This document shows, one piece after another, positions 45,567 through 55,477 of a stretch of DNA of 60,825 nucleotides; position 1 is the first letter of the stretch, and each line of letters begins with the position of its first letter. The position numbers and the translations under genes were made by a program. This DNA comes from Nitrospirota bacterium (GTDB lineage: Bacteria > Nitrospirota > UBA9217): the NCBI GenBank assembly GCA_037916085.1, contig JBAIYC010000107.1:1-60825 (forward strand), written 5' to 3'. The notes beneath the pieces are model-generated. The model made no database searches. It was not told the DNA's origin and worked only from the letters and a program-made list of their open reading frames with translations.

Positions 45567-46031
45567 ATGAAGAACTCCTTCATCATCCTGCTTTTCTTCT
45601 TGTCTGCCGCCGGCGCATCACAGGCCGGACAGGTGAAGACGATCGATCTCACCGACGGAAGCGTCATCACCGGCGAGGTCCTTTCGCTCACGAACGGGCT
45701 CTATACCATCAGGACCGTCTCGCTCGGCACTGTCACCGTGCGCGATGACCGGGTCAGGGCCATTCGCACTCCGGGAAGCGCTTCGTCCCCTGCCGCGCCG
45801 TCATCGGCCGATCTGTCCTCCCTGACCGAGAAGATGCTGTCCGACAGCGAAATCATGTCGATGATCCAGTCGCTCAAGAATGACCCGTCATTCCAGAAAG
45901 CGATGGAGGACCCTGACATCATGAAGGCCGTGAGCAGCGGAGATACCGCCGCGCTCATGGCAAATCCGAAGTTCCTTGAGCTCATGAACAACGCCACTGT
46001 CCGGGACATCCAGAAAAAGGTCCAGAAATAG
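45567..46031 (+). CDS. Secreted hypothetical protein with a C-terminal STI1/DP-like helical repeat
   Basis: Start moved to the ATG at 45567 (MKNSFIILLFFLSAAGASQA signal peptide). The C-terminus reads IMSMIQSLKNDPSFQKAMEDPDIMKAV...LMANPKFLELMNN. Confidence 0.55.
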   Translation: MKNSFIILLFFLSAAGASQAGQVKTIDLTDGSVITGEVLSLTNGLYTIRTVSLGTVTVRDDRVRAIRTPGSASSPAAPSSADLSSLTEKMLSDSEIMSMIQSLKNDPSFQKAMEDPDIMKAVSSGDTAALMANPKFLELMNNATVRDIQKKVQK

Positions 46032-46076
46032 CCCTTTCCGCCCGTCCTCCGCGCCGCCAGAACCCAAGAAATCTAG

Positions 46077-46105
46077 TTGACAATGCCGGAGCTTCTCGGT
46101 AGTAT
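46077..46105 (+). promoter_or_regulatory. Sigma70-like promoter for purM-purN
   Basis: TTGACA (46077-46082), 17-nt spacer, TAGTAT (46100-46105). Confidence 0.55.
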
Positions 46106-46145
46106 TGTGCCGATTTTGAATCGTTCCAGCCGGAAAAGGGGTGCT

Positions 46146-47177
46146 ATGGCCATCACCTACAAAGATGCCGGGGTCGATATCGACGCCGGCGACCTTTTCG
46201 TCCAGAAGATCAAGCCCTTCGTCAAAGCAACGTTCCGGCCCGAGGTCCTTACCGACATCGGCGGCTTCGGCGGCCTCTTTGCCCTGAAGAAGTACAGGAA
46301 CCCGGTGCTGGTCTCCGGGACCGACGGCGTGGGGACCAAGCTCAAGATCGCCTTTCTCATGAACAGGCACGACACGGTCGGCATCGACCTGGTGGCCATG
46401 TGTGTGAACGACATCATCGTACAGGGCGCGGAACCGCTCTTTTTCCTGGACTACTTCGCCACGGGGAAGCTCAAGCCCGTGGAGCATTCCCAGGTCGTAA
46501 AGGGGATTGCTGACGGCTGCAGACAGGCCGGATGCGCGCTCATCGGAGGCGAGACTGCAGAGATGCCGTCGTTCTACGGCGAAGGCGAGTATGACCTTGC
46601 GGGCTTCGCCGTGGGCGCCGTGGAAAGGAAGGATGTCATTACCGGTGCAAAGATCCGTCCCGGAGACCGGCTCATCGGCCTGGCCTCATCGGGCCTCCAC
46701 TCGAACGGCTACTCCCTGGTCCGCAAGGTCCTTTTCGACAAGGCCGGGTACGGCGTCGCGGATATCCTGACCGAACTGGGCGGCCCCACGCTGGGCGAGG
46801 TCCTGCTCACGCCGACGAGGATCTACGCCAAGACCGTCCTTGCCCTCCTCCGGGACTTCGACATCAGGGGCATGGCCCACATCACCGGCGGCGGCATCAC
46901 CGAGAACACACCGCGCATCCTGCCGAAGGGCGCCCAGGCGGTCGTGCGTAAGGGCTCCTGGCCCGTCCACCCGATCTTCAAGCTCATCCAGAAGAAGGCG
47001 GCAGTCGATGAGGCCGAGATGTACCGGGCCTTCAACATGGGCATCGGCATGGTCCTTGCGGTGCCGAAGAACCAAGCCGACAAACTGATGAAGAAGGCCG
47101 AGAAGCTTGGCGAAAAGGCCTTTGCGATCGGCGAGGTCGTGAAGGGCAAACAGATCGTCAAGTATGAGGAAAGGTGA
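46146..47177 (+). CDS. purM: Phosphoribosylformylglycinamidine cyclo-ligase (AIR synthetase)
   Basis: Start moved to the ATG at 46146 ([15 protein letters not shown]). Contains DGVGTKL and [16 protein letters not shown]. Confidence 0.9.
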   Translation: MAITYKDAGVDIDAGDLFVQKIKPFVKATFRPEVLTDIGGFGGLFALKKYRNPVLVSGTDGVGTKLKIAFLMNRHDTVGIDLVAMCVNDIIVQGAEPLFFLDYFATGKLKPVEHSQVVKGIADGCRQAGCALIGGETAEMPSFYGEGEYDLAGFAVGAVERKDVITGAKIRPGDRLIGLASSGLHSNGYSLVRKVLFDKAGYGVADILTELGGPTLGEVLLTPTRIYAKTVLALLRDFDIRGMAHITGGGITENTPRILPKGAQAVVRKGSWPVHPIFKLIQKKAAVDEAEMYRAFNMGIGMVLAVPKNQADKLMKKAEKLGEKAFAIGEVVKGKQIVKYEER

Positions 47178-47180
47178 TTA

Positions 47181-47313
47181 TTTTCACCGCAGAGGTCGCA
47201 GAGGAGAACATGCGTCAACATCCCATACGGGAGAATGAGCAAAGCAGATGTGCATTCACCGTCGTTTTGCCTCCCCCTCGCCTTGCTTGCCTCTGCGTCC
47301 TCCGCGGTAAACC
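47181..47313. repeat. Intergenic palindromic (REP-like) element between purM and purN
   Basis: Left arm is TTTTCACCGCAGAGGTCGCAGAGG. Reverse complement of the right arm is GGTTTACCGCGGAGGACGCAGAGG. The arms are about 80 nt apart. Confidence 0.6.
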
Positions 47314-47322
47314 GGGGCCGAT

Positions 47323-47973
47323 ATGAAGAAAGTCCGTATCGGGGTGCTCGTCTCCGGCCGCGGCTCCAACCTCCAGGCCATCATCGACAACATCGAACAG
47401 GGGAAGCTCTCGGCGGAGATCTCCGTGGTCGTCAGCGACCAGCCGGACGCCTTCGCGCTGGAGCGCGCCCGGAAGCACGGTATCGCCGCAATTCACATCA
47501 GTTCAAAAGGATACAAAGGACGACGGGAGGAGTACGACGCCCTGCTCGTCACCGAGCTCCGCAAGCAGGGCGTCGATCTGGTCGTCCTTGCGGGCTTCAT
47601 GCGCATCATCACGAAGGCCCTGGTGAGTGCCTACCCGAACCGCATCATGAACATCCATCCCGCCCTGCTTCCCTCCTTTCCCGGGCTGCACGTCCAGAAG
47701 GCCGCCATCGAGCACGGCGTCAAGTTCTCCGGCTGCACCGTCCATTTCGTCGACGAGGGCATGGACACCGGTCCTATCATCATCCAGGCCGTGGTGCCGG
47801 TCCTGGACGGCGACAGCGAGGACTCCTTGGCCGCCAGGATCCTGGCCCAGGAGCACAAGATCTTCTCCCGGGCGATCCAGCTCTACGCCGAGGGAAAGCT
47901 CCGCATCGAGGGCAGGCGTGTGCTCGTTGACGGCGGCAGGATCCAATCCGGCGAGTTCCTTATCAATCCCTAG
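47323..47973 (+). CDS. purN: Phosphoribosylglycinamide formyltransferase
   Basis: 216 aa. Contains GVLVSGRGSNLQAI, NIHPALLPSFPG and VHFVDEGMDTGPII. Confidence 0.9.
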   Translation: MKKVRIGVLVSGRGSNLQAIIDNIEQGKLSAEISVVVSDQPDAFALERARKHGIAAIHISSKGYKGRREEYDALLVTELRKQGVDLVVLAGFMRIITKALVSAYPNRIMNIHPALLPSFPGLHVQKAAIEHGVKFSGCTVHFVDEGMDTGPIIIQAVVPVLDGDSEDSLAARILAQEHKIFSRAIQLYAEGKLRIEGRRVLVDGGRIQSGEFLINP

Positions 47974-48130
47974 CTGCCCGCGACGGGACACGGGAACCGG
48001 CACACCGCTTCGGCCCATCCTCCAGACCCTTTTCACCTGTCCCCTTTTCCCCTTGCGCAAAGCAACATGCTGTGCGAGAATTGGGACTGTCACGTTCTTC
48101 CTCATCCTGCATCCGTGAACAGGAACGTCA

Positions 48131-49300
48131 ATGAGCTCTGCGGACCTATCCGGACTCCGGCTCGACAAGTCAGGCGCTGTTTCCCGGCAGAAGCGGAAGG
48201 TCCCCCGGGGCAGGCTAATCGCCGCGGGCGTCGCCGTCCTGGCCCTCCTCATAGCCCTCGTTGCCGTGCGACCCGCGATCGAGGTGGAGACCGCCACAGT
48301 GGCAAAGGTCTACCCCTCTCAGTCCTTCACGCTCCTGAACGCCAGCGGCTACGTGGTCGCCCAGCGCAAGGCCGCCGTGGCGTCCAAGGCAACGGGCCGG
48401 CTCGATTGGCTCGGCGTCGAGGAAGGCAGCCGGGTGAAAAGCGGGCAGATCATCGCCCGCCTGGAGAACCGGGACGTCCTTGCCGCAGCCGATCAAGCCG
48501 AGGCCGGCCTGAACAACGCAAAGGCCGACCTCGCGGATGCAAAGTTGAACTACGACCGCATGAAGGACCTGCGTTCAAAGGGATACATCGCCCAGACCGA
48601 TTTCGATGCCGCCAACACCCGCCTGCTACGCTCCCAGGCCGCGGTGACCGGGGCCGAGGCGGCCTTGCGCGCGGCGCAGGTGGCCGTAGAGTATACGCTC
48701 ATCCGGGCGCCCTTTGACGCTGTAGTCCTCACCAAGGACGCCGATATCGGCGATATCGTCACGCCCCTCGGCGCAGCGGCCAATGCCAAGGCGTCGGTCG
48801 TGACCATCGCCGACATGGCGTCCCTCCAGGTCGAGGTGGACGTCTCGGAATCGAACATCGAGAAGGTGAAGCCGGGTCAGCCGTGCGAGATCCAGCTTGA
48901 CGCGCTGCCCGATGCCCGCTTTCCCGGCGCGGTCCACATGATCGTGCCGACGGCTGACCGTACCAAGGCCTCGGTCATGGTAAAGGTCCGCTTTGTCCAG
49001 CTCGATCCCCGGGTTCTTCCCGAGATGAGCGCCCGCGTCGCATTCCTGGAGCGGGCGGTGGCCCCCGCCGAGCAGACGCCGAAGACCGCAGTGAACCCGG
49101 CAGCTGTCCGCGATGAGAACGACAGGAAGCTGGTCTTCGTCGTCAAGGACGGCAGGGCCGTCGCAGCGGCAGTCACCCTCGGCGAAAGGATCGGTGATTT
49201 CATCGAAGTGACGGGCGGTCTCGCCCCGGGCCAGACGATCGTCCTCAACCCGCCCAAGAAGCTCAGGAACGGATCGAAGGTGAAACGGAAGGAACAGTAG
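48131..49300 (+). CDS. Efflux transporter periplasmic adaptor subunit (HlyD/MacA family)
   Basis: 389 aa. N-terminal TM, a coiled-coil hairpin region, then a barrel-sandwich/beta-barrel pattern (IRAPFDAVV..., VEVDVSESNI...). Confidence 0.85.
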   Translation: MSSADLSGLRLDKSGAVSRQKRKVPRGRLIAAGVAVLALLIALVAVRPAIEVETATVAKVYPSQSFTLLNASGYVVAQRKAAVASKATGRLDWLGVEEGSRVKSGQIIARLENRDVLAAADQAEAGLNNAKADLADAKLNYDRMKDLRSKGYIAQTDFDAANTRLLRSQAAVTGAEAALRAAQVAVEYTLIRAPFDAVVLTKDADIGDIVTPLGAAANAKASVVTIADMASLQVEVDVSESNIEKVKPGQPCEIQLDALPDARFPGAVHMIVPTADRTKASVMVKVRFVQLDPRVLPEMSARVAFLERAVAPAEQTPKTAVNPAAVRDENDRKLVFVVKDGRAVAAAVTLGERIGDFIEVTGGLAPGQTIVLNPPKKLRNGSKVKRKEQ

Positions 49301-49305
49301 GTCCG

Positions 49306-49358
49306 TAAGACGTTAAGACGCGAGTCGTGAAACGGCGCTTCGCTGCCGTCTTGTCTTG
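49306..49358. repeat. Intergenic imperfect hairpin with doubled AAGAC(G) words
   Basis: TAAGACGTTAAGACG...CGTCTTGTCTTG. Inner pair AAGACG/CGTCTT is perfect; the outer pair matches at 5 of 6. Confidence 0.5.
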
Positions 49359-49390
49359 CCTCTCACGCCTTACATTCGCGGTTCATTCCC

Positions 49391-50086
<696 letters not shown>

Positions 50087-50093
50087 AATCTGA

Positions 50094-50207
50094 TTTCACC
50101 ACGGAAACACGGAGACACAAAGGAAACCAATTTCTGAAGTATCACGGTCTCGGTCCTCGTTGGTACTCGGAAGTTCTCCGTGTCCTCTGTGCCTCCGTGG
50201 TAAAAAA
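50094..50207. repeat. Intergenic palindromic (REP-like) element between the ABC ATPase and permease 1
   Basis: Left arm is ATTTCACCACGGAAACACGGAGACAC. Reverse complement of the right arm is TTTTTTACCACGGAGGCACAGAGGACACGGAG. Confidence 0.6.
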
Positions 50208-50216
50208 GGCTTGTGA

Positions 50217-51374
50217 ATGTTCCTCCTGAAACTCATCTTCCGGAACGCCTTCCGCCACAAGCTCCGGACCTCGCTCACGGTGGCGGGCGTCGCCATCGCG
50301 GTCCTTGCCTTCGGGCTGCTGAAGACGCTTGTCGCGGCCTGGTATCTCGGCGTCGAGGCCTCCTCCGCCACCCGGCTCGTCACGAGAAACGCCATCTCGC
50401 TCGTTTTTACCCTTCCCGCATCCTACGAGGACCGCATCCGCCAGACCCCGGGCGTCACCGCCGTGGCCAAAGGGAACTGGTTCGGCGGCATCTACATCGA
50501 TGAGAAAAACTTCTTCCCCAGCTTCGCCGTGGAGCCGAAGCCGTACCTCCAACTCTATCCCGAGTTCGAGGTTCCGCCCGCAGAGCGGCGCGCCTTCGAA
50601 TCGGACCGCAAGGGCTGCGTCATCGGCAGAAAGCTCGCCGAGCGGTTCCGGTGGAAGATCGGCGATCTTGTTACGCTCAAGGGGACCGTCTTTCCGGGTC
50701 AGTGGGAGTTCGTCGTGCGCGGGATCTACCAGGGCGCAAAGAAGAGCACCGACGAGACGCAGTTCTTCTTCCACTGGGACTACCTGAACGAGGTCATGCG
50801 CAAGACGGTCCCCCGCCGGGCAGACCAGGTCGGCTTCTACATGGTGGGGCTCGCGAACCCCGACCTCGCGGCACAGGTCTCGCTCGCTATCGACGGGATG
50901 TTCCGGAACTCCCTTGCCGAGACCCTGACCGAGACGGAACGGGCCTTCCAGCTGAGCTTCGTATCCATGACCGAGGCCATCGTTGTCGCCATCCGCATCG
51001 TCTCGTACGTGGTCATCGTCATCATCATGGTCGTCGCCGCCAATACCATGGCCATGACCGCCCGGGAGAGGATCAGCGAGTACGCTACGCTGAAGACCCT
51101 GGGGTTCCGCGCCCGCCATGTGGCCGGCGTGGTCTTCGGCGAATCCCTCGTCATCGCCATGACCGGCGGCATCCTGGGAGTCGCGCTGACCTTTCCCGCT
51201 GCCCAGTGGCTCGGCCTCAAGCTGAGCCAGTTCATCCCGGTCTTCCGCATTGCGCCGGAAACGGTCGTCTATGACCTCATCGCGGCGTTCGTCGTGGGCG
51301 CCGTTGCCGGGATCTTCCCGACCTGGCGCGGCTCGACGATCAACATCGCGGACGGGTTGAGGCGAATAGCGTAA
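50217..51374 (+). CDS. ABC transporter permease, FtsX/MacB-like
   Basis: 385 aa. One TM, a large periplasmic domain, then 3 TM helices (FtsX fold). Begins FRNAFRHKLRTSLT. Confidence 0.85.
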   Translation: MFLLKLIFRNAFRHKLRTSLTVAGVAIAVLAFGLLKTLVAAWYLGVEASSATRLVTRNAISLVFTLPASYEDRIRQTPGVTAVAKGNWFGGIYIDEKNFFPSFAVEPKPYLQLYPEFEVPPAERRAFESDRKGCVIGRKLAERFRWKIGDLVTLKGTVFPGQWEFVVRGIYQGAKKSTDETQFFFHWDYLNEVMRKTVPRRADQVGFYMVGLANPDLAAQVSLAIDGMFRNSLAETLTETERAFQLSFVSMTEAIVVAIRIVSYVVIVIIMVVAANTMAMTARERISEYATLKTLGFRARHVAGVVFGESLVIAMTGGILGVALTFPAAQWLGLKLSQFIPVFRIAPETVVYDLIAAFVVGAVAGIFPTWRGSTINIADGLRRIA

Positions 51375-51384
51375 AAGCAGCAAG

Positions 51385-51499
51385 ATCTTTGACACGGATC
51401 AAGGCGGATCAAGAACCTGATAAAAGCGGATGAACAGTTTCGTGCTTTGATCTATTCCGCCCTTGTCCGTCTTTCATCCGATTCCTCCGTGTCAAAGAT
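51385..51499. repeat. Intergenic palindromic element with a perfect 14-bp terminal inverted repeat and internal CGGATCAAG-type words
   Basis: ATCTTTGACACGGA (51385-51398) pairs with TCCGTGTCAAAGAT (51486-51499). Internal words are CGGATCAAG x2 and CGGATGAAC, with complements on the other arm. Confidence 0.65.
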
Positions 51500-51520
51500 G
51501 TTGGTCTTTGGCTTGTTTGT

Positions 51521-51548
51521 TGAACTTTGAACCCTGAACTTTGAACTT
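51521..51548. repeat. TGAACTT heptamer tandem repeat (4 units, one degenerate) immediately upstream of permease 2
   Basis: Reads TGAACTT TGAACCC TGAACTT TGAACTT. Confidence 0.8.
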
Positions 51549-51556
51549 TTACTCTC

Positions 51557-52723
51557 ATGGCCATCCCCTTCTCCTACAGTTTCCGGAACCTCCGCACCCG
51601 CCGGCTCACCACTGTTCTGACGGCACTTGGCATGGCGCTCGTTGTGTTCGTCTTCGCGGCAACGCTGATGCTCGCCGAAGGGCTCAGGAAGACGCTCATT
51701 GAAACCGGCTCCTACGACAACATCATCGTGATCCGCAAGGCCTCCCAGTCCGAGGTGCAGAGCGGCGTGGACCGCAACCAGGCGTCAGTGGTGGCGACGC
51801 AGCCCGAGATCGCCGTGGGCGGCGACGGAAAACCGCTCCTGGCGAAGGAGATGGTGGTGCTGATCAGCCTCGTGAAGCGCGGCACGGACAACCCGTCCAA
51901 CGTCGTCATCCGAGGCATCGGCGACGAGTCCCTGGCGCTCCGGCCTCAGGTGCGGCTCATCGAAGGAAGGATGCCGCGGCCGGGCTCATCGGAGGTGATC
52001 GCCGGGAAGAGCGTGGCAGAGCGGTTCAACGGCGCGGGCCTGGGCGAGACCCTCCGGTTCGGCATGCGGGACTGGACCGTTGTCGGCGTCTTCGACGCGG
52101 GGACAACCGGGTTCGGGTCCGAGATCTGGGGCGACGTGGACCAGCTCATGCAGGCCTTCCGCAGGCCCGTGTACTCGTCGGTGCTCTTTAAGCTCCGGGA
52201 TACGTCCGAGGCGGGCGCCGTGGTGCGGCGCCTGGAAACAGATCCCCGCCTCACCGTCGAGGCAAAAAGAGAGACGAAGTACTACAGCGACCAGTCCGAA
52301 GTGATGGCGACATTCCTTCGCATCATGGGCATCACGCTGACCGCGGTCTTCTCCCTCGGAGCGGTAATCGGCGCCATGATCACCATGTACGCAGCCGTGG
52401 CGAACCGCGTCGCCGAGATCGGCACGCTCAGGGCTCTTGGCTTCCGGCGGAGGAGCATCCTGCTGGCCTTCCTCATGGAATCCGTGCTCTTGGGGTTCAT
52501 CGGCGGATTGATGGGGCTCTTCTTCGCGTCGTTTATGCAGCTCCTCACCATATCGACGATGAACTGGCAGACGTTCTCGGAGCTGGCCTTCTCCTTCACC
52601 CTCACCCCCCGCATTGGGGCACAGGCCGTCCTGTTCTCTGTCCTGATGGGCCTTGCGGGGGGAGTGCTTCCCGCCGCCCGGGCAGCCCGGATGAACATCG
52701 TGGAAGCGCTCAGGACGGGCTGA
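51557..52723 (+). CDS. ABC transporter permease, FtsX/MacB-like (second copy)
   Basis: 388 aa with the same topology as the preceding permease. Begins FRNLRTRRLTTVLT. Confidence 0.85.
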   Translation: MAIPFSYSFRNLRTRRLTTVLTALGMALVVFVFAATLMLAEGLRKTLIETGSYDNIIVIRKASQSEVQSGVDRNQASVVATQPEIAVGGDGKPLLAKEMVVLISLVKRGTDNPSNVVIRGIGDESLALRPQVRLIEGRMPRPGSSEVIAGKSVAERFNGAGLGETLRFGMRDWTVVGVFDAGTTGFGSEIWGDVDQLMQAFRRPVYSSVLFKLRDTSEAGAVVRRLETDPRLTVEAKRETKYYSDQSEVMATFLRIMGITLTAVFSLGAVIGAMITMYAAVANRVAEIGTLRALGFRRRSILLAFLMESVLLGFIGGLMGLFFASFMQLLTISTMNWQTFSELAFSFTLTPRIGAQAVLFSVLMGLAGGVLPAARAARMNIVEALRTG

Positions 52724-53017
52724 GACCGGCTGCCCGCCCTGGGCACCGGGTACAGCCTTTGCATATCGCACCCCTATTGTCCTCATTTCTCTGTTGAATC
52801 CACGAACGGAGAGTAGTAGTATTTTTATTAAGAATCATTGTAATGTGTTTCTTGGTTTCCGTGGTTCACAGCCGTCGGCTGTTGTGCATGAGTCGGTGCA
52901 CGCGGAATTCCCCTGACAAGCAAGAGTGACTGATTATCGGTTGGAGTACGTGCCCGTTCGGCCCCAGTAGAGGGAAACGTCTGTGCCCGGGGGTCTTTCA
53001 CAGGGTGGGGTCCGGAA

Positions 53018-53656
53018 ATGATGAAGAAAAGGATTGCCCTCCTTATATTCATGAATCTTGCCGCGACATCATTTGCCGGCGAACAGAGCATGAATATCGC
53101 GAAGCTCGACAAAGACGCGTCGCGTCCGTTCAGCAAGAAGGTCTCGCTTCCCATTGTGACTGAACAATACGAGTACTATGACGTCCGGGGGGGCACCGAA
53201 AAGGACATCCGGTGCCAGATGACGGCGAACGCCTGCAAATGGGACGACGGAAAGAAATATGATTCCGTCACAAAGTGGCACGTGAAGTGGGACTACGACT
53301 ACGACCGGGCGCCGAACGCCTGTGCGGCGGAGTCGTTCAGGGCCACAGTCCAAGTGACCTACCGGCTCCCCAAGTGGGTCCACGATGGCGATGCCTCGCC
53401 GGCGCTCAGAGAGAAATGGGACCGGTACATGCAGAACCTCGTTCTGCACGAAGAAGGCCACCGTAACCTTGCTGTTACGGCGGCTGCCGATCTTACCCGC
53501 GCCATCTCACAGCTCACTCCGGGTGCAACCTGCGCCGACGTTGACCGGAGCGTACAGGCTCTCAGCCGGCAATACATGAAGAAGCTGAACGAAGACCAGA
53601 AAGCCTACGATGCGGCAACTGTCCACGGGGCCAAACAGGGCGCCGTTTTCCCGTGA
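53018..53656 (+). CDS. Secreted DUF922-family predicted zinc metallopeptidase
   Basis: 212 aa with a signal peptide. HExxH motif in LVLHEEGHRNLA and a DUF922-like C-terminus ...AYDAATVHGAKQGAVFP. Confidence 0.65.
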   Translation: MMKKRIALLIFMNLAATSFAGEQSMNIAKLDKDASRPFSKKVSLPIVTEQYEYYDVRGGTEKDIRCQMTANACKWDDGKKYDSVTKWHVKWDYDYDRAPNACAAESFRATVQVTYRLPKWVHDGDASPALREKWDRYMQNLVLHEEGHRNLAVTAAADLTRAISQLTPGATCADVDRSVQALSRQYMKKLNEDQKAYDAATVHGAKQGAVFP

Positions 53657-53704
53657 TCGGTAGACAGCCCCTCAATCCGCAACACCTTCCAGAAGATTCG
53701 ACAA

Positions 53705-53739
53705 CAAAAAAAGAAGCAGGCTCGGTGTGAGCCTGCTTC
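53705..53739 (-). terminator. Rho-independent terminator of the small repeat-protein gene
   Basis: Perfect 11-bp stem GAAGCAGGCTC/GAGCCTGCTTC. On the minus strand it is followed by TTTTTTTGTTG. Confidence 0.75.
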
Positions 53740-53823
53740 CTCCAGTTTCATCCCTAACGGCAACCCCGCCAAACCGGAAGCGACGAGGTCAGTTCGTGTC
53801 ATTCGAGAACGGGATGAAAGACG

Positions 53824-54120
53824 TCACTTCAGTTCAAAGACCGTCACTCCATTGTACGGCTCTTCAGCTGCCATGCCTCCTGCCGCTGAGCCGGTGGCAC
53901 CATGCTCCTCGGCCTTGGCGATGCTGATGCCCGTGTCAAAAATGGTAATCCCGTTCTCAAGGGCCAGCGCAGAGCCCTCAACCGTGCTGGGTGCAGGATT
54001 CGACTCGAACACTGTTACACCGTTAGACAGATCCCAACCCATCTCCTTCTCGGCCGCATAGACTGTCCCGAAAGCAAGGACCAGTGCAATTGCCGCCACT
54101 GAAATTAATAGAGTCTTCAT
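53824..54120 (-). CDS. Small secreted protein with three NG(V/I)T(V/I)F(E/D) repeats
   Basis: 98 aa. Signal peptide MKTLLISVAAIALVLAFGTVYA/A. Repeats are SNGVTVFES, ENGITIFDT and YNGVTVFEL. It has its own promoter and terminator. Confidence 0.65.
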   Translation of the reverse strand: MKTLLISVAAIALVLAFGTVYAAEKEMGWDLSNGVTVFESNPAPSTVEGSALALENGITIFDTGISIAKAEEHGATGSAAGGMAAEEPYNGVTVFELK

Positions 54121-54165
54121 TTACCATCGCCTCTTTTCTCTTGCTACATCCGTGAATCTAATTCA

Positions 54166-54193
54166 ACTATAACACTCCATCTACAATTGTCAA
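54166..54193 (-). promoter_or_regulatory. Near-consensus sigma70 promoter for the small repeat-protein gene
   Basis: Minus strand has TTGACA (plus 54188-54193), a 16-nt spacer and TATAGT (plus 54166-54171). An AAGAGG RBS precedes the ATG. Confidence 0.6.
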
Positions 54194-54465
54194 CTTATCG
54201 ATAATTCAGACCGTCGAATCCCCGACCGCCAGCCTCGAACGCCAGGCTTGAAACACCGCAATATCCGTAACACCATGCAAACACGAACTGTCATTTACTA
54301 CGTTGGTATCAGACGGCATGTGAAGAAAAGGAACAAATCGCATTCGCACCGCGGCAGGATCGCACCCGGGCGCTATTAGTATTGATACGAGGACGGAAAT
54401 GCGCTTCTTCCTCGCAAGAGCAGCGTCGTCTTGGTTGCGGGCTATTTCTAGCCGGCACGGAGGCA

Positions 54466-55473
54466 CTATCTTCCGACAACAAGGACCACAAAGCTGTCCC
54501 TGATCATCGTCGGTCGCTGCTTTGGCGCTCTTCCCGAAGACTCTGGGGCCACGGAAAATTCGGCCGTCGGCAGATAGACCTTATGGGTCCTTCCGTCCAA
54601 TGCCAGCGTTCGGGCCCCCCGCTGCGTAGGTATTGTTTCGGTCTCGAACATCCCCGGTGAAGATTCCCGGGCCACTGTGAGCGTGCCGTCGCTGTTCGAA
54701 CTGAAAACGAGCCCTGTCTCCGGATCGAAGGCAGTCCCGTCGACACCTTCCCCGATGGGAACGGTCGCAGTCACTTTGCCCGCATCCACATCCAGGACCG
54801 TCATGAGCCTGTTGCGGCATCCCGAAAAGACGCGATGGTGCCCGGTATCGATGGCCATCCCGGTCGGCTCGGCGCAGGGACTTAAAGGATACCGTCGCAG
54901 TATCTTGAGCTTTCTGCTGTCCAGTGCAACGACCTCGCTGGTGTCTTCGATGTTCACAAAGACCCTGCCCGATGCATCCGTGACGGCAAACTCAGGTTTG
55001 CCGCCGAGCGCGATCGTTCCCAGGACCATCCCGGACGCAGCATCGAACACGGTCGCATCCCTGCTCTTCCCATTGAAGGTGAAGACCCGCTTGGCTGCAG
55101 GGTCGTACAGGATCGCATCCGGGTTCTCCCCTGTTCTCACCTGCCCGATCGTCTTCAGCGTCTCGAGATCGAACAGGGAAGCCGTGTTCGCCCTGCCGTT
55201 GCTGATGAAGCCGCGACCCAGCTCATCGGCAAGAGCGATCCCGTGAACGCCCGGTGTATTCGGAATGTCCGCTATCACCTTCTTCGAAGCGACATCCACG
55301 ACCATGACGTGCGTTCCGCGTGAGACGAAAAGGCGGTTCCGGGACCCGTCGACCGTCAGGTAGTCCCAGCCCCCTTCGCCGCCGAGCGGCATTTTCTCGA
55401 TCACGCTATATCCGGAACCTGCGTAGACGTCTACGCTCATGACAAGCAAAAAAGCGGCTATCAAGGCTCTCAT
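54466..55473 (-). CDS. Secreted YncE-like / YVTN-family seven-bladed beta-propeller protein
   Basis: 335 aa with a signal peptide. Repeated ...G..P.G.A.D....R.FV.N.. blades (GVHGIALADELGRGFISN, NPDAILYDPAAKRVFTFN, PTGMAIDTGHHRVFSG, VDGTAFDPETGLVFSSN). Confidence 0.75.
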   Translation of the reverse strand: MRALIAAFLLVMSVDVYAGSGYSVIEKMPLGGEGGWDYLTVDGSRNRLFVSRGTHVMVVDVASKKVIADIPNTPGVHGIALADELGRGFISNGRANTASLFDLETLKTIGQVRTGENPDAILYDPAAKRVFTFNGKSRDATVFDAASGMVLGTIALGGKPEFAVTDASGRVFVNIEDTSEVVALDSRKLKILRRYPLSPCAEPTGMAIDTGHHRVFSGCRNRLMTVLDVDAGKVTATVPIGEGVDGTAFDPETGLVFSSNSDGTLTVARESSPGMFETETIPTQRGARTLALDGRTHKVYLPTAEFSVAPESSGRAPKQRPTMIRDSFVVLVVGR

Positions 55474-55477
55474 GTCC

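Noticed and set aside
54206-54466. 86-aa minus-strand ORF directly following the YncE-like gene.
   Set aside because: It has no RBS, no recognisable motif or TM/signal feature, and an Arg/Ala-rich composition. I cannot separate it from a chance ORF without comparative data.
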